From: Methanocella sp.
GTDB lineage: Archaea; Thermoproteota; Bathyarchaeia; Bathyarchaeales; Bathycorpusculaceae
Assembly (NCBI GenBank): GCA_050261115.1
Contig: JBLNCY010000010.1
Coordinates: forward strand, 32,001-96,000
Direction: 5' to 3'
Length of the DNA stretch: 64,000 nucleotides
Notes under the pieces: model-generated
Told to the model about the DNA's origin: nothing
The model's input: only the letters and a program-made list of their open reading frames with translations
Databases searched by the model: none
Part shown: positions 1 through 9,342 of the stretch, piece after piece
Numbering within the stretch: position 1 is the first letter of the stretch
Layout of the letters: the number at the start of each line of letters is the position of its first letter
Translations under genes and position numbers: made by a program

Positions 1-122
1 ACCTTGACGCGTTCCCCATTGAGGTAGTCGTCAAAATCTTCCATAGCCTGAACAATCCAGTAGCCTTCACTTTCTGTCAGAAGCTTCACTTTGTAGAGTC
101 CCTTATAGAAAAAGTCCGACAT
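1..122 (-). CDS. Hypothetical protein, 5' part (runs off window edge)
   Basis: ATG at 122-120 reads MSDFFYKGLYKVKLLTESEGYWIVQAMEDFDDYLNGERVK... open to the edge; TTTATTTA-like TATA upstream. Confidence 0.6.
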   Translation of the reverse strand, partial: MSDFFYKGLYKVKLLTESEGYWIVQAMEDFDDYLNGERVK

Positions 123-187
123 TAAATCCACAATAAACTAGTTCGATGTAACTCTAAATAAAGTTTGGATTTTCCTGGCGCACACAC

Positions 188-1828
188 TTATTTTTTCCCT
201 TGTTTCTTACAGGTATTTGAAATTGTTAGTATTATCGTAGGCATGGTGAAGATGCTAAATACTCTTGTGTATTTTGGTGAACCGGCTTTTCGTATGTCTT
301 CAACGTTTCCGCCGGCCCTGAGGTATCCCTCTATGAAAGCCTCTGCGATGGCTTCTGCCTTAAGGTTGCTTTCGAAGGGTTGTAAATAGTGCCCGCAGTA
401 ATACAAAAAGACCGCAATATCCCACGCTCTGTCACCACCCTGCTGGGCCTGCTCAAAATCTATTAGGAAAACTGTGCCGTCTGGCTTTACTAATACGTTA
501 TCTGGTTTGGTATCGCCTAAAACTACATGTTGGTTGTGCACCAGCGCAAGAGTTTGGCCCACCTGCGCCACGATCCCTAAAACTTTGGCGTTTTCGGCTT
601 CGTCGTTTCCATTTCCGAATTGTTTTATTTGGTTGCTTAAGCTTTCGCCTTCTATATACTCCATGAAAACCAATCGCTCGGCATTACTTGCATAGAGTAT
701 TTTAGGTACATTGAAGCCGTTGCCATAGAGTAATTCGCTTATGGCGCACTCTTTTGCCAGTCTGGCCTGGCCTGAGACAGAAAAAGACCGCGCTCCAAAA
801 GACCACAGCGACAATGGGAACCATTTAAAGCCAGACCAATCCTTGAACCGCTTGGCTAACACTTTTCTTTTACCGGCGGTAATCAGGTATACGTCGTTTA
901 GCATGCCGCCGATTGGTTCCACTTCCACCTCTTGGCTTTGGTCTCTTAACAGGAGTCTTTGTGCATAGCCTTTGATGTCGATTTTGTCGGATAAAGAAAC
1001 CAAGCCCTCGGCGGTTGGGAAAAACACGTATTTTTGGGGGTCAACGAAGCGGCAAGGTTGATCCTGTTGGCGTAACCAATTGATTTTCTGGGTCTTTAGG
1101 AAGGCTCTGGCGTTCTGGCTTACAATACTCATTAATTGAGGAACGACCCCAAACAGCGAGGTAAATAGGGTTCGGGGCATGGTTTTTGCAAGGTTAATTA
1201 TGCGTTTCTTAGGGTTCTGGCAGCTCTCGATGAATTCTTTTGTAATGTAGACATAGCCGTCTTGTTGACGGATTTTATGTTCTGCTTCGAGTTGCTTTAG
1301 CGCTGTAATGTACCCTTGTAGGCTTTTGTCCTCGTTCTGTATTAGGCAACTCGTTAGGTCCGCGACCTCGTAATTTAGTAGTGGAAACACCCTGATGCGA
1401 CTCGAAAAGACTTCATACATGAAGTATTGAGGGAGAATCCGTATGCGTTGAGCAAGTTCTGGAAAGTTTATTACTAGGTTTTCAAGAATTTCAACAATTA
1501 GACGCTGTTTTAGTTCTCTTTCCTTCTCCTGAAGATACTGTCCACCTTCAAAAGCAAAGTACGGAAAAACCAGTTTGCCTGCTATGGCTTCGCCCAGCAA
1601 CCCCCGATCTATATCACGCTCAAAAACCCACTTGTCAACCGCGAAAAAGAAGACAGGTTTGCCCCTGATAAGCTTTAGGTAGCTTAGCAGGCGAGGGGGG
1701 AAGTCATGGAGGATTATCATGACCTCTTTTATCATTCGCTGGTTGGCGGGTCTTTTGGAGTAATCATCCACTTCGGCGATGGCTGCGATTTCTGATTGTC
1801 CAGCAATGTGCCTGGCGAATTCTAGCAT
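188..1828 (-). CDS. Atypical protein/small-molecule kinase (RIO/Bud32/APH-like C-terminal domain) with long N-terminal region, possibly a degenerate nucleotidyltransferase domain
   Basis: VLAKRF (ATP Lys), FMEYIEG hinge, LGDTKPDN catalytic loop, LIDFEQA (DFG-like), WDIAVF. Confidence 0.75.
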   Translation of the reverse strand: MLEFARHIAGQSEIAAIAEVDDYSKRPANQRMIKEVMIILHDFPPRLLSYLKLIRGKPVFFFAVDKWVFERDIDRGLLGEAIAGKLVFPYFAFEGGQYLQEKERELKQRLIVEILENLVINFPELAQRIRILPQYFMYEVFSSRIRVFPLLNYEVADLTSCLIQNEDKSLQGYITALKQLEAEHKIRQQDGYVYITKEFIESCQNPKKRIINLAKTMPRTLFTSLFGVVPQLMSIVSQNARAFLKTQKINWLRQQDQPCRFVDPQKYVFFPTAEGLVSLSDKIDIKGYAQRLLLRDQSQEVEVEPIGGMLNDVYLITAGKRKVLAKRFKDWSGFKWFPLSLWSFGARSFSVSGQARLAKECAISELLYGNGFNVPKILYASNAERLVFMEYIEGESLSNQIKQFGNGNDEAENAKVLGIVAQVGQTLALVHNQHVVLGDTKPDNVLVKPDGTVFLIDFEQAQQGGDRAWDIAVFLYYCGHYLQPFESNLKAEAIAEAFIEGYLRAGGNVEDIRKAGSPKYTRVFSIFTMPTIILTISNTCKKQGKK

Positions 1829-2211
1829 TTCAGCGTAGAGGTCGTCTTTTTTGCTTTTTGCTGGTTTATTTGGCGAAGTTTCCTCTCTCCTTATGGTACT
1901 GATTATATGGGGCGGTATTTAAAACAAGATTGTTGGTGGTCAAAGACCATCGAGGTAAGGTGGGTTATTAAGAATCAGCAAGAGCCTAATCTTGCCTGCT
2001 ACTGGGATATTTCAACTGGAATTTACCTGTATAAAATACATCTTTATTCGGACAATCTCTGAATGCTGACTATTATTACCTAGCTGATAAAGTCTCTGCA
2101 TACCCCAAGCTCAAAACATAACCCCAAAACCGCGCCCCCACAAAAACAACATAAGCTAAATAAACCCAACCATCCCCCCATACACCAAACAACCCCAAAA
2201 AGGAAAAAAGC

Positions 2212-2301
2212 ATGTCCGAAACCTACAAAAAAGAAATTGTACAACACATAATCAAAAACCTACTAGACATCCTGATAGGACAACTCAGCGAAAAAAACTA
2301 A
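2212..2301 (+). pseudogene. Truncated PadR-like regulator N-terminal stub (29 aa)
   Basis: MSETYKKEIVQHIIKNLLDILIGQLSEKN* resembles the first helix of archaeal PadR proteins; AGGA upstream; stops before the wHTH. Confidence 0.4.
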
Positions 2302-2409
2302 ACATACCATCCAAGCTTGCTCGTTTTAGGCTCGGTCGATTGCCAAGCGGTGGGCTTGTGGGAAAAGCTTTTATCTTCAGCGCCCCTGAGAGAAAACTGA
2401 GGAATTAAA

Positions 2410-3078
2410 GTGACCTTTGAATCAAGCAAAACATTAAGTGGACTCGGCGCGCTTCTTCTCTTTATCTCAGCGATTGTGCTATTTGTATTGCCAACGGCGG
2501 CGCTAGTTGTCGGTATAGCGGGACTTTTAATGCTACTTGTCGGTCTAAACGGCTTAGCTGGTTACTATAAGGAACGCGGGATCTTCAACAACGCTTTATT
2601 CAGCGTAATTATCGCAGTGGTCGGTGCAGTGCTCGTCTTTGTCATAGCCGTATACGTTACTCTATCAAGCATAACGCCAATTATAAACGAGCTATATCCT
2701 GGCTGGAACGGTGACTGGACATCTCTACCAAACATGACACCAAACCCCGACGCTTTTACCTCAGGTGACATCAGCACAATATTACCCTTTTTAACTGGTT
2801 TAGCGGCAATCTGGGTAATAACGTGGGTAGTCGCGATAATCTCAAGCTTCTTTGCTAGACGAGCCTTAAATGCGATAGGTGAAAAATCAGGCACAGGTTT
2901 ATTTGGCACAGCAGGTCTGGTGATTTTGATCGGTGCATTCCTTGGCGTTGTCTTCTTCGGTTATCTTCTACTATGGATAGGTTTGTTGCTCGCTGCGATT
3001 GCATTCTTCCAACTTCGCCCCTCTGCTCCTCTTGAGCCAACATATACTGCAGCGCCCCCAGAGCCAACAACCCTCTAG
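2410..3078 (+). CDS. DUF996 family membrane protein
   Basis: Multiple TM helices; SKTLSGLGALL, LAGYYKERGIF, SGTGLFGTAG, LLAAIAFFQL motifs; GAGGA SD. Confidence 0.8.
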   Translation: MTFESSKTLSGLGALLLFISAIVLFVLPTAALVVGIAGLLMLLVGLNGLAGYYKERGIFNNALFSVIIAVVGAVLVFVIAVYVTLSSITPIINELYPGWNGDWTSLPNMTPNPDAFTSGDISTILPFLTGLAAIWVITWVVAIISSFFARRALNAIGEKSGTGLFGTAGLVILIGAFLGVVFFGYLLLWIGLLLAAIAFFQLRPSAPLEPTYTAAPPEPTTL

Positions 3079-3081
3079 CCA

Positions 3082-3103
3082 TTTTTTCTTTCTTTTTTAT
3101 TTT
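3082..3103 (+). terminator. Oligo-T archaeal terminator
   Basis: TTTTTTCTTTCTTTTTTATTTT directly after the stop at 3078. Confidence 0.6.
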
Positions 3104-3197
3104 CGCTAACTTCAAAGACTGGTAAGTATGCCGTCGTTCATGATTAGGCACAGCTTATATCCATAGCGACACATCTTAATTCAGGTTCAGACTCGTC

Positions 3198-4382
3198 ATG
3201 GCAAAGTTCCGCTTAGCTGTCTTCAACACTCAACCCCCCCACCGTTACTACGGCGGAGTAGAGCGGCGCATAATAGAGGTTACCGGTCGCCTGCAAAGCG
3301 AAGCGGACATAACCGTCTATAGCGGAAGTAAAGCCGGCTTCAAAACACCCCTCACCCTTAACGGCGTATGCTTTGTTCCCGCCAAATCAACCGACTTAGT
3401 TTTTCCACTAGATAACTGGACATACAACCGAAGCATAAACAAAACCCCCTCGGTGTTTGAAGTCGATGTTTTTGAAGCACACAACAACAGTGCCTACAGC
3501 CTACCCAAAACTCTGTTCAAGCGAGCCGTAAATAAGCCCTTCATACACATTATCCATGGCACCTTAGCCGACGAGTATGAACAGGGAAAAAAAGGACCCC
3601 AATCACTAAGAAGCAGACTAGCCAATGCCTACATGAAGCATCAAGCACAACAAGAAAAAAACATGGCCAAACACGCTACCGTCATAGTTACAATAAGCAA
3701 ATACTCAAAAACAAAAATAATCGAACACTATGGCGTCGATGAAGAGAAAATCCGCATTGTCCCAAACGGTGTGGACACAGAGAAATTCCGACCCACCAAC
3801 CAAGCGGCCGCCAAACAAGAACTCAAACTGGACGCGGCGCCAACGGTTCTTTTTATGGGCAGCTTAGTTCCTCGCAAGGGCTTACTTTATCTGGTTGAAG
3901 CCGCCAAAACGGTAGTCAAGCAGGAGACAGACGCGCGGTTCCTTATCGTTGGTAGCGGTCCGCAGAAGGAACAAATAACGGCAGCGGTAGCTTCAGCAGG
4001 CTTAAGCGGTAACTTTGTTTTTCTTGGCAACCTCCCAGAAAATCAGTTGGTGGCAGCGTATAATGCGGCTGACGTATTTGTTTTGCCTTCGGTGCAGGAG
4101 GGTCAGGGGATTGTATTGCTTGAGGCCCAGGCGTGCGGCAAGCCGGTGGCTGCTTTTGGCATAGGTGGAGTCAACGAGGTTGTCCGCGGCGGTGAAACGG
4201 GTTTCTTGTCAAGCCCCGGCGACATTGCAGGTTTAGCGGAGGCCTTAATGAGGATGTTAGGTGATGGGTCGTTGCGTGGCCGTATGGGGGCTGCAGGTCG
4301 CAGATTTGTGGAGGAAAACTACACTTGGGACCTCTGTGCTCAACGAATGTTAGCCACCTATAAGGCTGCTTTAGCAGAGTGA
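3198..4382 (+). CDS. Glycosyltransferase family 4 (GT-B, retaining)
   Basis: GGVERR, VPNGVD, GSLVPRKG, EGQGIVLLEAQACGKPV motifs. Confidence 0.92.
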   Translation: MAKFRLAVFNTQPPHRYYGGVERRIIEVTGRLQSEADITVYSGSKAGFKTPLTLNGVCFVPAKSTDLVFPLDNWTYNRSINKTPSVFEVDVFEAHNNSAYSLPKTLFKRAVNKPFIHIIHGTLADEYEQGKKGPQSLRSRLANAYMKHQAQQEKNMAKHATVIVTISKYSKTKIIEHYGVDEEKIRIVPNGVDTEKFRPTNQAAAKQELKLDAAPTVLFMGSLVPRKGLLYLVEAAKTVVKQETDARFLIVGSGPQKEQITAAVASAGLSGNFVFLGNLPENQLVAAYNAADVFVLPSVQEGQGIVLLEAQACGKPVAAFGIGGVNEVVRGGETGFLSSPGDIAGLAEALMRMLGDGSLRGRMGAAGRRFVEENYTWDLCAQRMLATYKAALAE

Positions 4383-4901
4383 CACATTAACTGATTGGGC
4401 AAGGCGCCTAAACTCTTCCTCACTCATCCATTCAGTTCGGAGGTAGTGGCGTATGCGTTCGTCGCTTAGGCCCAACCGTTTGGCTTCTGCAACACAGTAA
4501 CGGTAGGCTTCGATTTCTGTGGGACGATCGACATATGCGTAGCGGGGATCGAATAGTTCTTTGCCATCCATGAATTGCTTCACATGGTATAACTCGTGGA
4601 TTAAATCAAGGTAAATGTCGACTCTGTTGCCAGTGTTAAGATAGCCTTTGCTCACGACCAAATGTCCGTCAGAGCCGTCCACGTACATGTAACCGTTAAG
4701 CCAGCTTAACTCAACAATTAAGTCGCCAAGCACATCCGTTGTTTTTTCTCCAAAGATGCCCTGAACCGCCGCTACCTTATCAAAGCCCTTGAAGTATTGA
4801 AGAAAAGTCGTTTTCTGGTTGCCGATGCTTAGGGGGTTAATTGGGAACCTGCGGAGCATACGCATTAACCTAAACAGGACAAATTCTATACTACCTGGCA
4901 A
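4371..4901 (-). CDS. Hypothetical zincin-like metalloprotein
   Basis: HELYH (HExxH) followed by RPTEIEAY third-ligand Glu. Confidence 0.6.
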   Translation of the reverse strand: MPGSIEFVLFRLMRMLRRFPINPLSIGNQKTTFLQYFKGFDKVAAVQGIFGEKTTDVLGDLIVELSWLNGYMYVDGSDGHLVVSKGYLNTGNRVDIYLDLIHELYHVKQFMDGKELFDPRYAYVDRPTEIEAYRYCVAEAKRLGLSDERIRHYLRTEWMSEEEFRRLAQSVNVSLC

Positions 4902-4913
4902 CTATACTCCCCC

Positions 4914-6275
4914 CTACTTATATGCGGATAAATATTCAAGCCTCATCCCCCGACGCGCCAAATCAGACAAGTCCTCAACTGAACCTATACTGGCATCAAC
5001 GTTTCGATGGATTGGGTGACTCCAGAGACCCTCAGGCGATAGGTTGAATTGCAAGGGAACCCGTATGTTAAGGTGGTACTTCTCGTTTAAGCCCTTAATT
5101 AAATTGCCCTTACTGCATGCGGCGCGTGCATTAACGTAGCTTTGCAGCAGCTGCGAGGCTCCCCATGCGCCGACGCCATGCCAAATTGCGGCGTCCTCGG
5201 GTGAAGCTAAAGAGTAGAGGAAAAATTGCGGCGATGAGGGTGTATCAGCGAAGTTGTAATCAGACAACCTGTCGCCTGAGACAGTGAATTTATCGTCACA
5301 TACGGCAACCGCTACATCCTCGGGGTCTATTGCGTTGGGGTAGAGCGGGGTAGTTTTGTAGGTTACGGTTGCATCGTGGAATTTGCTGTTCTCAAAGTGC
5401 AGTTTGCCCCGGGCGGCGCGTTTTGAGCCATAGCCCTTCTTAGAGTGGGGTACCGTAAGGAGGGTGGTGCGGTTTTTCATGCTTCTGCCCATGCATTTGT
5501 ATGCTTCTTCGACTGAGTTGTAGTCTTGGTTGCTTTCGCTTATGATGTAGTGAAGTAGGCCTTCTTTGTTTTCGGCTCTTAATGTAGAAAGCGGCATACG
5601 TAACGAGTGCAGCATTAGGTCCATGCTGAAGAACTCTGAGAGATCCTTTAGCTGGATGTACTTTATGGTGTCGCAGAAGTCGAGGTAGTTGCCGTTGCTT
5701 TCTCTAAGCTGTTCTGTGATGAGTTCAGTCTCTTTTTTTGAGATCATCGAGCCATCGTATTTTTTGGCGTATTCCTCATCAACCCTTAAGCTTGCGGTGG
5801 TGACGTTGGCAACGGGGAACGCGCTTTGCCCGCTTTCAACTATGGATCGCTTTAGGGGATTCATGGAGTAGCGGTCTGCTTCCACGTCGTCAGTGTTGAG
5901 AAGAAACGGTACAATGTATCCTTCTGAGGGTTTCTTTAGCAACTCCCACAGTGCCGCTATATCGTCTGGGGTTGGTTCATGTAAGCCGCGTTCAAGGAAA
6001 TAGTTCGCGGCGGTTGCAAACAGTTTGGTTCCGATTATACCTTGAACTTCCTCAACGGTTAACTGCGGATTAGTGTACTCAACGGAGCTACGAAGATAAA
6101 ACCGGTCATCCACAAATGGCACACTCACCTTTTGACCATTAACCAAGCGGAACAGGGTTACTTTGCGGTTGGATGATTGATTCTTCGAATTGGCGGCGCC
6201 TTGGCAGAGAACCTTTACCGCTTGAAAGGAGGTCTTTAAGAAGTCCTCTAACAGTAGCCTGCAGTAATCTTCCAT
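4914..6275 (-). CDS. Hypothetical protein (453 aa, soluble)
   Basis: Long ORF tightly spaced with neighbours (3 and 12 nt gaps); no recognisable motif. Confidence 0.75.
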   Translation of the reverse strand: MEDYCRLLLEDFLKTSFQAVKVLCQGAANSKNQSSNRKVTLFRLVNGQKVSVPFVDDRFYLRSSVEYTNPQLTVEEVQGIIGTKLFATAANYFLERGLHEPTPDDIAALWELLKKPSEGYIVPFLLNTDDVEADRYSMNPLKRSIVESGQSAFPVANVTTASLRVDEEYAKKYDGSMISKKETELITEQLRESNGNYLDFCDTIKYIQLKDLSEFFSMDLMLHSLRMPLSTLRAENKEGLLHYIISESNQDYNSVEEAYKCMGRSMKNRTTLLTVPHSKKGYGSKRAARGKLHFENSKFHDATVTYKTTPLYPNAIDPEDVAVAVCDDKFTVSGDRLSDYNFADTPSSPQFFLYSLASPEDAAIWHGVGAWGASQLLQSYVNARAACSKGNLIKGLNEKYHLNIRVPLQFNLSPEGLWSHPIHRNVDASIGSVEDLSDLARRGMRLEYLSAYK

Positions 6276-6278
6276 AAA

Positions 6279-7118
6279 TTATCCTCGCTCTAATGATTCA
6301 GCCAGATATATACAATTTTTTGCCTCAAAATTGCCTAAAAACATGCGAGTAACCGTAAACTCTTCCTTAAAGCCAATGCTTGCGAGCATATCAAGCAGAA
6401 CGCTGTCAGATTTTGAGGCGACCATGTAGACCCTTCTGTCGGTGGCTTTTGCGAGGGCGGAGGCTATCAGTTTACCTGCAACGTCATATCTTGAGGGATG
6501 ACAAATTAGTGGTCCTACCCATGCCATCGAGGCATAAATCGTTGCTGCCACATAACCAGCAACATGCCCCCGCTCAGAAATATAGTACCCTACATTGCCA
6601 TCTTCAAGAACTATTGATTCAAGCAGACGACTGCGATCGCCACCGAAAAAAAAGTTATCAAATTTGGCGATTCTTGGAAGGTTTTCTTTATCTATCCGGT
6701 GTACTCCGGCAAACTCTACTGGAGCAATCCTATCGGCGCATAGCAAAACAAAATCCTGTTCAGCGTTAAAGCCAAGCTTGTTATAGAAACCTCTGAGTTG
6801 GGGATAAGCATACAGCCCAACTGTCTCTATGCCGCTATCACGCAAGTAGTTTACGGCGTGATTTACAAGCATGCTTCCTGCGCCTTTTCTTCGCCATCTG
6901 GGGTCTACGATGAGGTTTCCGAACCAACCCAGTTTGCCGTAGCTTATACAGGTAGCTATACCAATCGGTTTTGTGTCTTCGAGGAGCAGAAAGCTGCCGT
7001 GGGGTTCAAGTGAAGCCATGAATGTGAAGTCTTCGGGCGCCATGTTCCAATCCATGGTGTTAGCAAGCTTTACTGCGAAGTCGAAGTTACTTGGCTTTAA
7101 GGGTTTAATGTGGAACAT
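6279..7118 (-). CDS. Tandem GNAT N-acetyltransferase
   Basis: VDPRWRRKGAGSML acetyl-CoA motif, FYNKLGF; second degenerate GNAT domain. Confidence 0.88.
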   Translation of the reverse strand: MFHIKPLKPSNFDFAVKLANTMDWNMAPEDFTFMASLEPHGSFLLLEDTKPIGIATCISYGKLGWFGNLIVDPRWRRKGAGSMLVNHAVNYLRDSGIETVGLYAYPQLRGFYNKLGFNAEQDFVLLCADRIAPVEFAGVHRIDKENLPRIAKFDNFFFGGDRSRLLESIVLEDGNVGYYISERGHVAGYVAATIYASMAWVGPLICHPSRYDVAGKLIASALAKATDRRVYMVASKSDSVLLDMLASIGFKEEFTVTRMFLGNFEAKNCIYLAESLERG

Positions 7119-7257
7119 ACAGAGAATACTTGGGGAACAGAGAATTAAAGTCTGCTAAAGCTGTGATGTTGGCCTGTTACAACAAACGATTTTATTTTCC
7201 GCAACGTATTGAGGCATGATACGTTCTGCAGAATAGAATATAAATGCTCTAATTATT

Positions 7258-8046
7258 TTGGCAGGGAGTAGAATTTTGGTTTTTAGGGTTAGACATCGAG
7301 GTCTTCTTTTAGTAATAGTGTGGGTACTGGTGATGCTAACCGCGTTTTCAGCCTTAACATTCCTTGAGGGCACATTCTATGCGTTGCCAGATAGCCACGT
7401 GATCGTCAGTGTTGGCTGGGCAGGTTACGTTGTTAGTAGCAGCTTCAACCAACGGCAGGATATTACCGCTGTGAGTGCCTCATGGATTGTACCCGAAGTA
7501 GACGCCTCGGCAGGCGAGGGGCATTCATCGACTTGGATAGGTATAGGTGGACAGGAAGATAAGACGCTTATTCAGGTGGGAACCGAGCAGGACGTTGTGG
7601 GGGATAACGTGTATTATCACGCGTGGTATGAGATGCTGCCGGATTATGCAATAAAAATCGAGGGGCTAACAGTAGAGCCAGGGCACCATATTACAGCAAC
7701 CATTAGACTATTCGACTCGGAGTCTAACGAATGGAATATTCAATTAATTAACGATGACAATGGTCAGAGTTTTAACAGGAATTTTGTTTACAACTCTACC
7801 CGGTCCTCTGGAGAATGGGTAATGGAGCGGCCAACAATAGGGGGCCAAATCAGCACCCTTGCAGCGTTTGGGGCGGTTACATTCACTGAGTGCACTGTAA
7901 CGGTGGGTAATCAAACGGGGGGAATTAGCGACTTTTCGTATTCTGTAGTGCATATGACAAATCAACAGTATGGCAGGTTAGCAACCACTCTAGAATTAAA
8001 TGAAGATGGAAGAAGCTTCTCAGTCGTTTATGACAGTAGTAGCTAA
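7258..8046 (+). CDS. Secreted glutamic peptidase, family G1 (eqolisin/peptidase A4)
   Basis: N-terminal TM/signal; WAGY, SSTWIGIGG, LIQVGTEQ (catalytic Gln), AWYEMLP, EWVMERP (catalytic Glu). Confidence 0.88.
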   Translation: MAGSRILVFRVRHRGLLLVIVWVLVMLTAFSALTFLEGTFYALPDSHVIVSVGWAGYVVSSSFNQRQDITAVSASWIVPEVDASAGEGHSSTWIGIGGQEDKTLIQVGTEQDVVGDNVYYHAWYEMLPDYAIKIEGLTVEPGHHITATIRLFDSESNEWNIQLINDDNGQSFNRNFVYNSTRSSGEWVMERPTIGGQISTLAAFGAVTFTECTVTVGNQTGGISDFSYSVVHMTNQQYGRLATTLELNEDGRSFSVVYDSSS

Positions 8047-8047
8047 C

Positions 8048-8352
8048 CTATTTTCCGGTGCCTATTGATAGCGTAGCAGATAATGCTTCGGAGCTTTTTT
8101 GTATCTCTTTTGTGAAGCTTGAGAGTAACTGATTTTCGGCGGTTACTTGGAGAAGCGCGATCTTGTTGATTACTAATTCGTCGACTAAGTTCATGAGTTT
8201 ATCTAGTTGGTCAAATTTGACCCGGACAGTTTTCGTTTGGGTTTTTACGGCGACTTTTGTGATCGATTTGTTTTCTATGTGATGCTGTATACTTTTGCTT
8301 CTTCTATGAACAATTCTCTGTATTGATCGTTCTCAAGCGACACTAATTTCAT
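8048..8352 (-). pseudogene. cheA: Collapsed relic of chemotaxis kinase CheA
   Basis: Frame 1 MKLVSLENDQYRELFIEEAK (Hpt start) then TAG at 8277-8275; shifted frame TVRVKFDQLDKLMNLVDELVINKI (P3 dimerisation motif) to TAG at 8050-8048. Confidence 0.7.
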
Positions 8353-8453
8353 CCTCGAATTGACTAGGCGATTAATTAGGGGAAATAGCGGCAGAATATG
8401 TATTTTGCTCGAGTGCGTCATAAGAGATACACCAAAAAAACGACATGTGTGAG

Positions 8454-9062
8454 TTACCATGGGTCTCTTTTGGAGGCGTGTTCTTTGCGGTTTTGCTCAG
8501 CTATTTTTTGATAGAGTTCCTGTTCGTCGGGCAGTATGATTCGGAAGGCGCCATCAATCTTTCTTACCAGCGGTACCTTGACGTAGCGGTCTTCTCTACG
8601 CACAGGTAAATAAGACAATACAACATACTGTGAGGCATGCGTCATCACTTCGCCTGACTGCCACTTCTCGTCTAAATCCACCTTAATCACATGCTCACCT
8701 GGAGAGATACCTGTCATGTCCATGGTAATTGGGAACTCTAACTCGTCGCTTAACAGTCTACTGGGCGGTATCGCGATCAAGTATGAATTCACCTTATTGT
8801 TATCGAAGAATAAGTCTAGTACAAGGTTAGAGAAATGCATTCTTGACGGCATTAGATGGAAGTTTACTTTTAGTTCCAGTTCAGCTTCTTTTAGAATATG
8901 GCTAAGCTGGAGCGATATTGATTTCTGGGGTTTTGGCGCTCTTGGGGTTTCGGTGGTCTTGGGCAGATTATCGAAGGTTGCCTGTTTAGCTCTGTTGATG
9001 TCTACTTTTGTTTTTTCTCTTAACCGCTGCTTATTCAAACCTAAACACCAACGGAAGGGCAC
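8454..9062 (-). CDS. Hypothetical protein (possible Ig-like beta domain)
   Basis: 202-aa ORF with beta-rich core (ISPGEHVIKVDL). Confidence 0.65.
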   Translation of the reverse strand: MPFRWCLGLNKQRLREKTKVDINRAKQATFDNLPKTTETPRAPKPQKSISLQLSHILKEAELELKVNFHLMPSRMHFSNLVLDLFFDNNKVNSYLIAIPPSRLLSDELEFPITMDMTGISPGEHVIKVDLDEKWQSGEVMTHASQYVVLSYLPVRREDRYVKVPLVRKIDGAFRIILPDEQELYQKIAEQNRKEHASKRDPW

Positions 9063-9342
9063 TCTTCTGGTTGTATAGCAGATACAAACACTAAAAAGCG
9101 TTTATATCAACAGGAAACGGGTAAGCCTAAACTTAGGTGCCTAACGGTTAGCTATGAAAAATTAAATCTATCGGTTCTGGGTCTGCTTGACTGCCCCAAA
9201 AAGATACAGGCAGGGTATAGTGCAAACTCTTTTTAGACTCAGCACATATCTTTGACAAAAGAGAGGGCGCCCCATCACTCAAACAAGCAACACTAACTCA
9301 CTACAGCGACGGCAAAGCTTTGTCCAAAAGCAAAAGTATTAC

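Noticed and set aside
2160-2196. C/A-rich tract as an extra copy of the dispersed repeat (also 30370-30395)
   Set aside because: Only low-complexity resemblance; the GTTGANTCTATA core is absent
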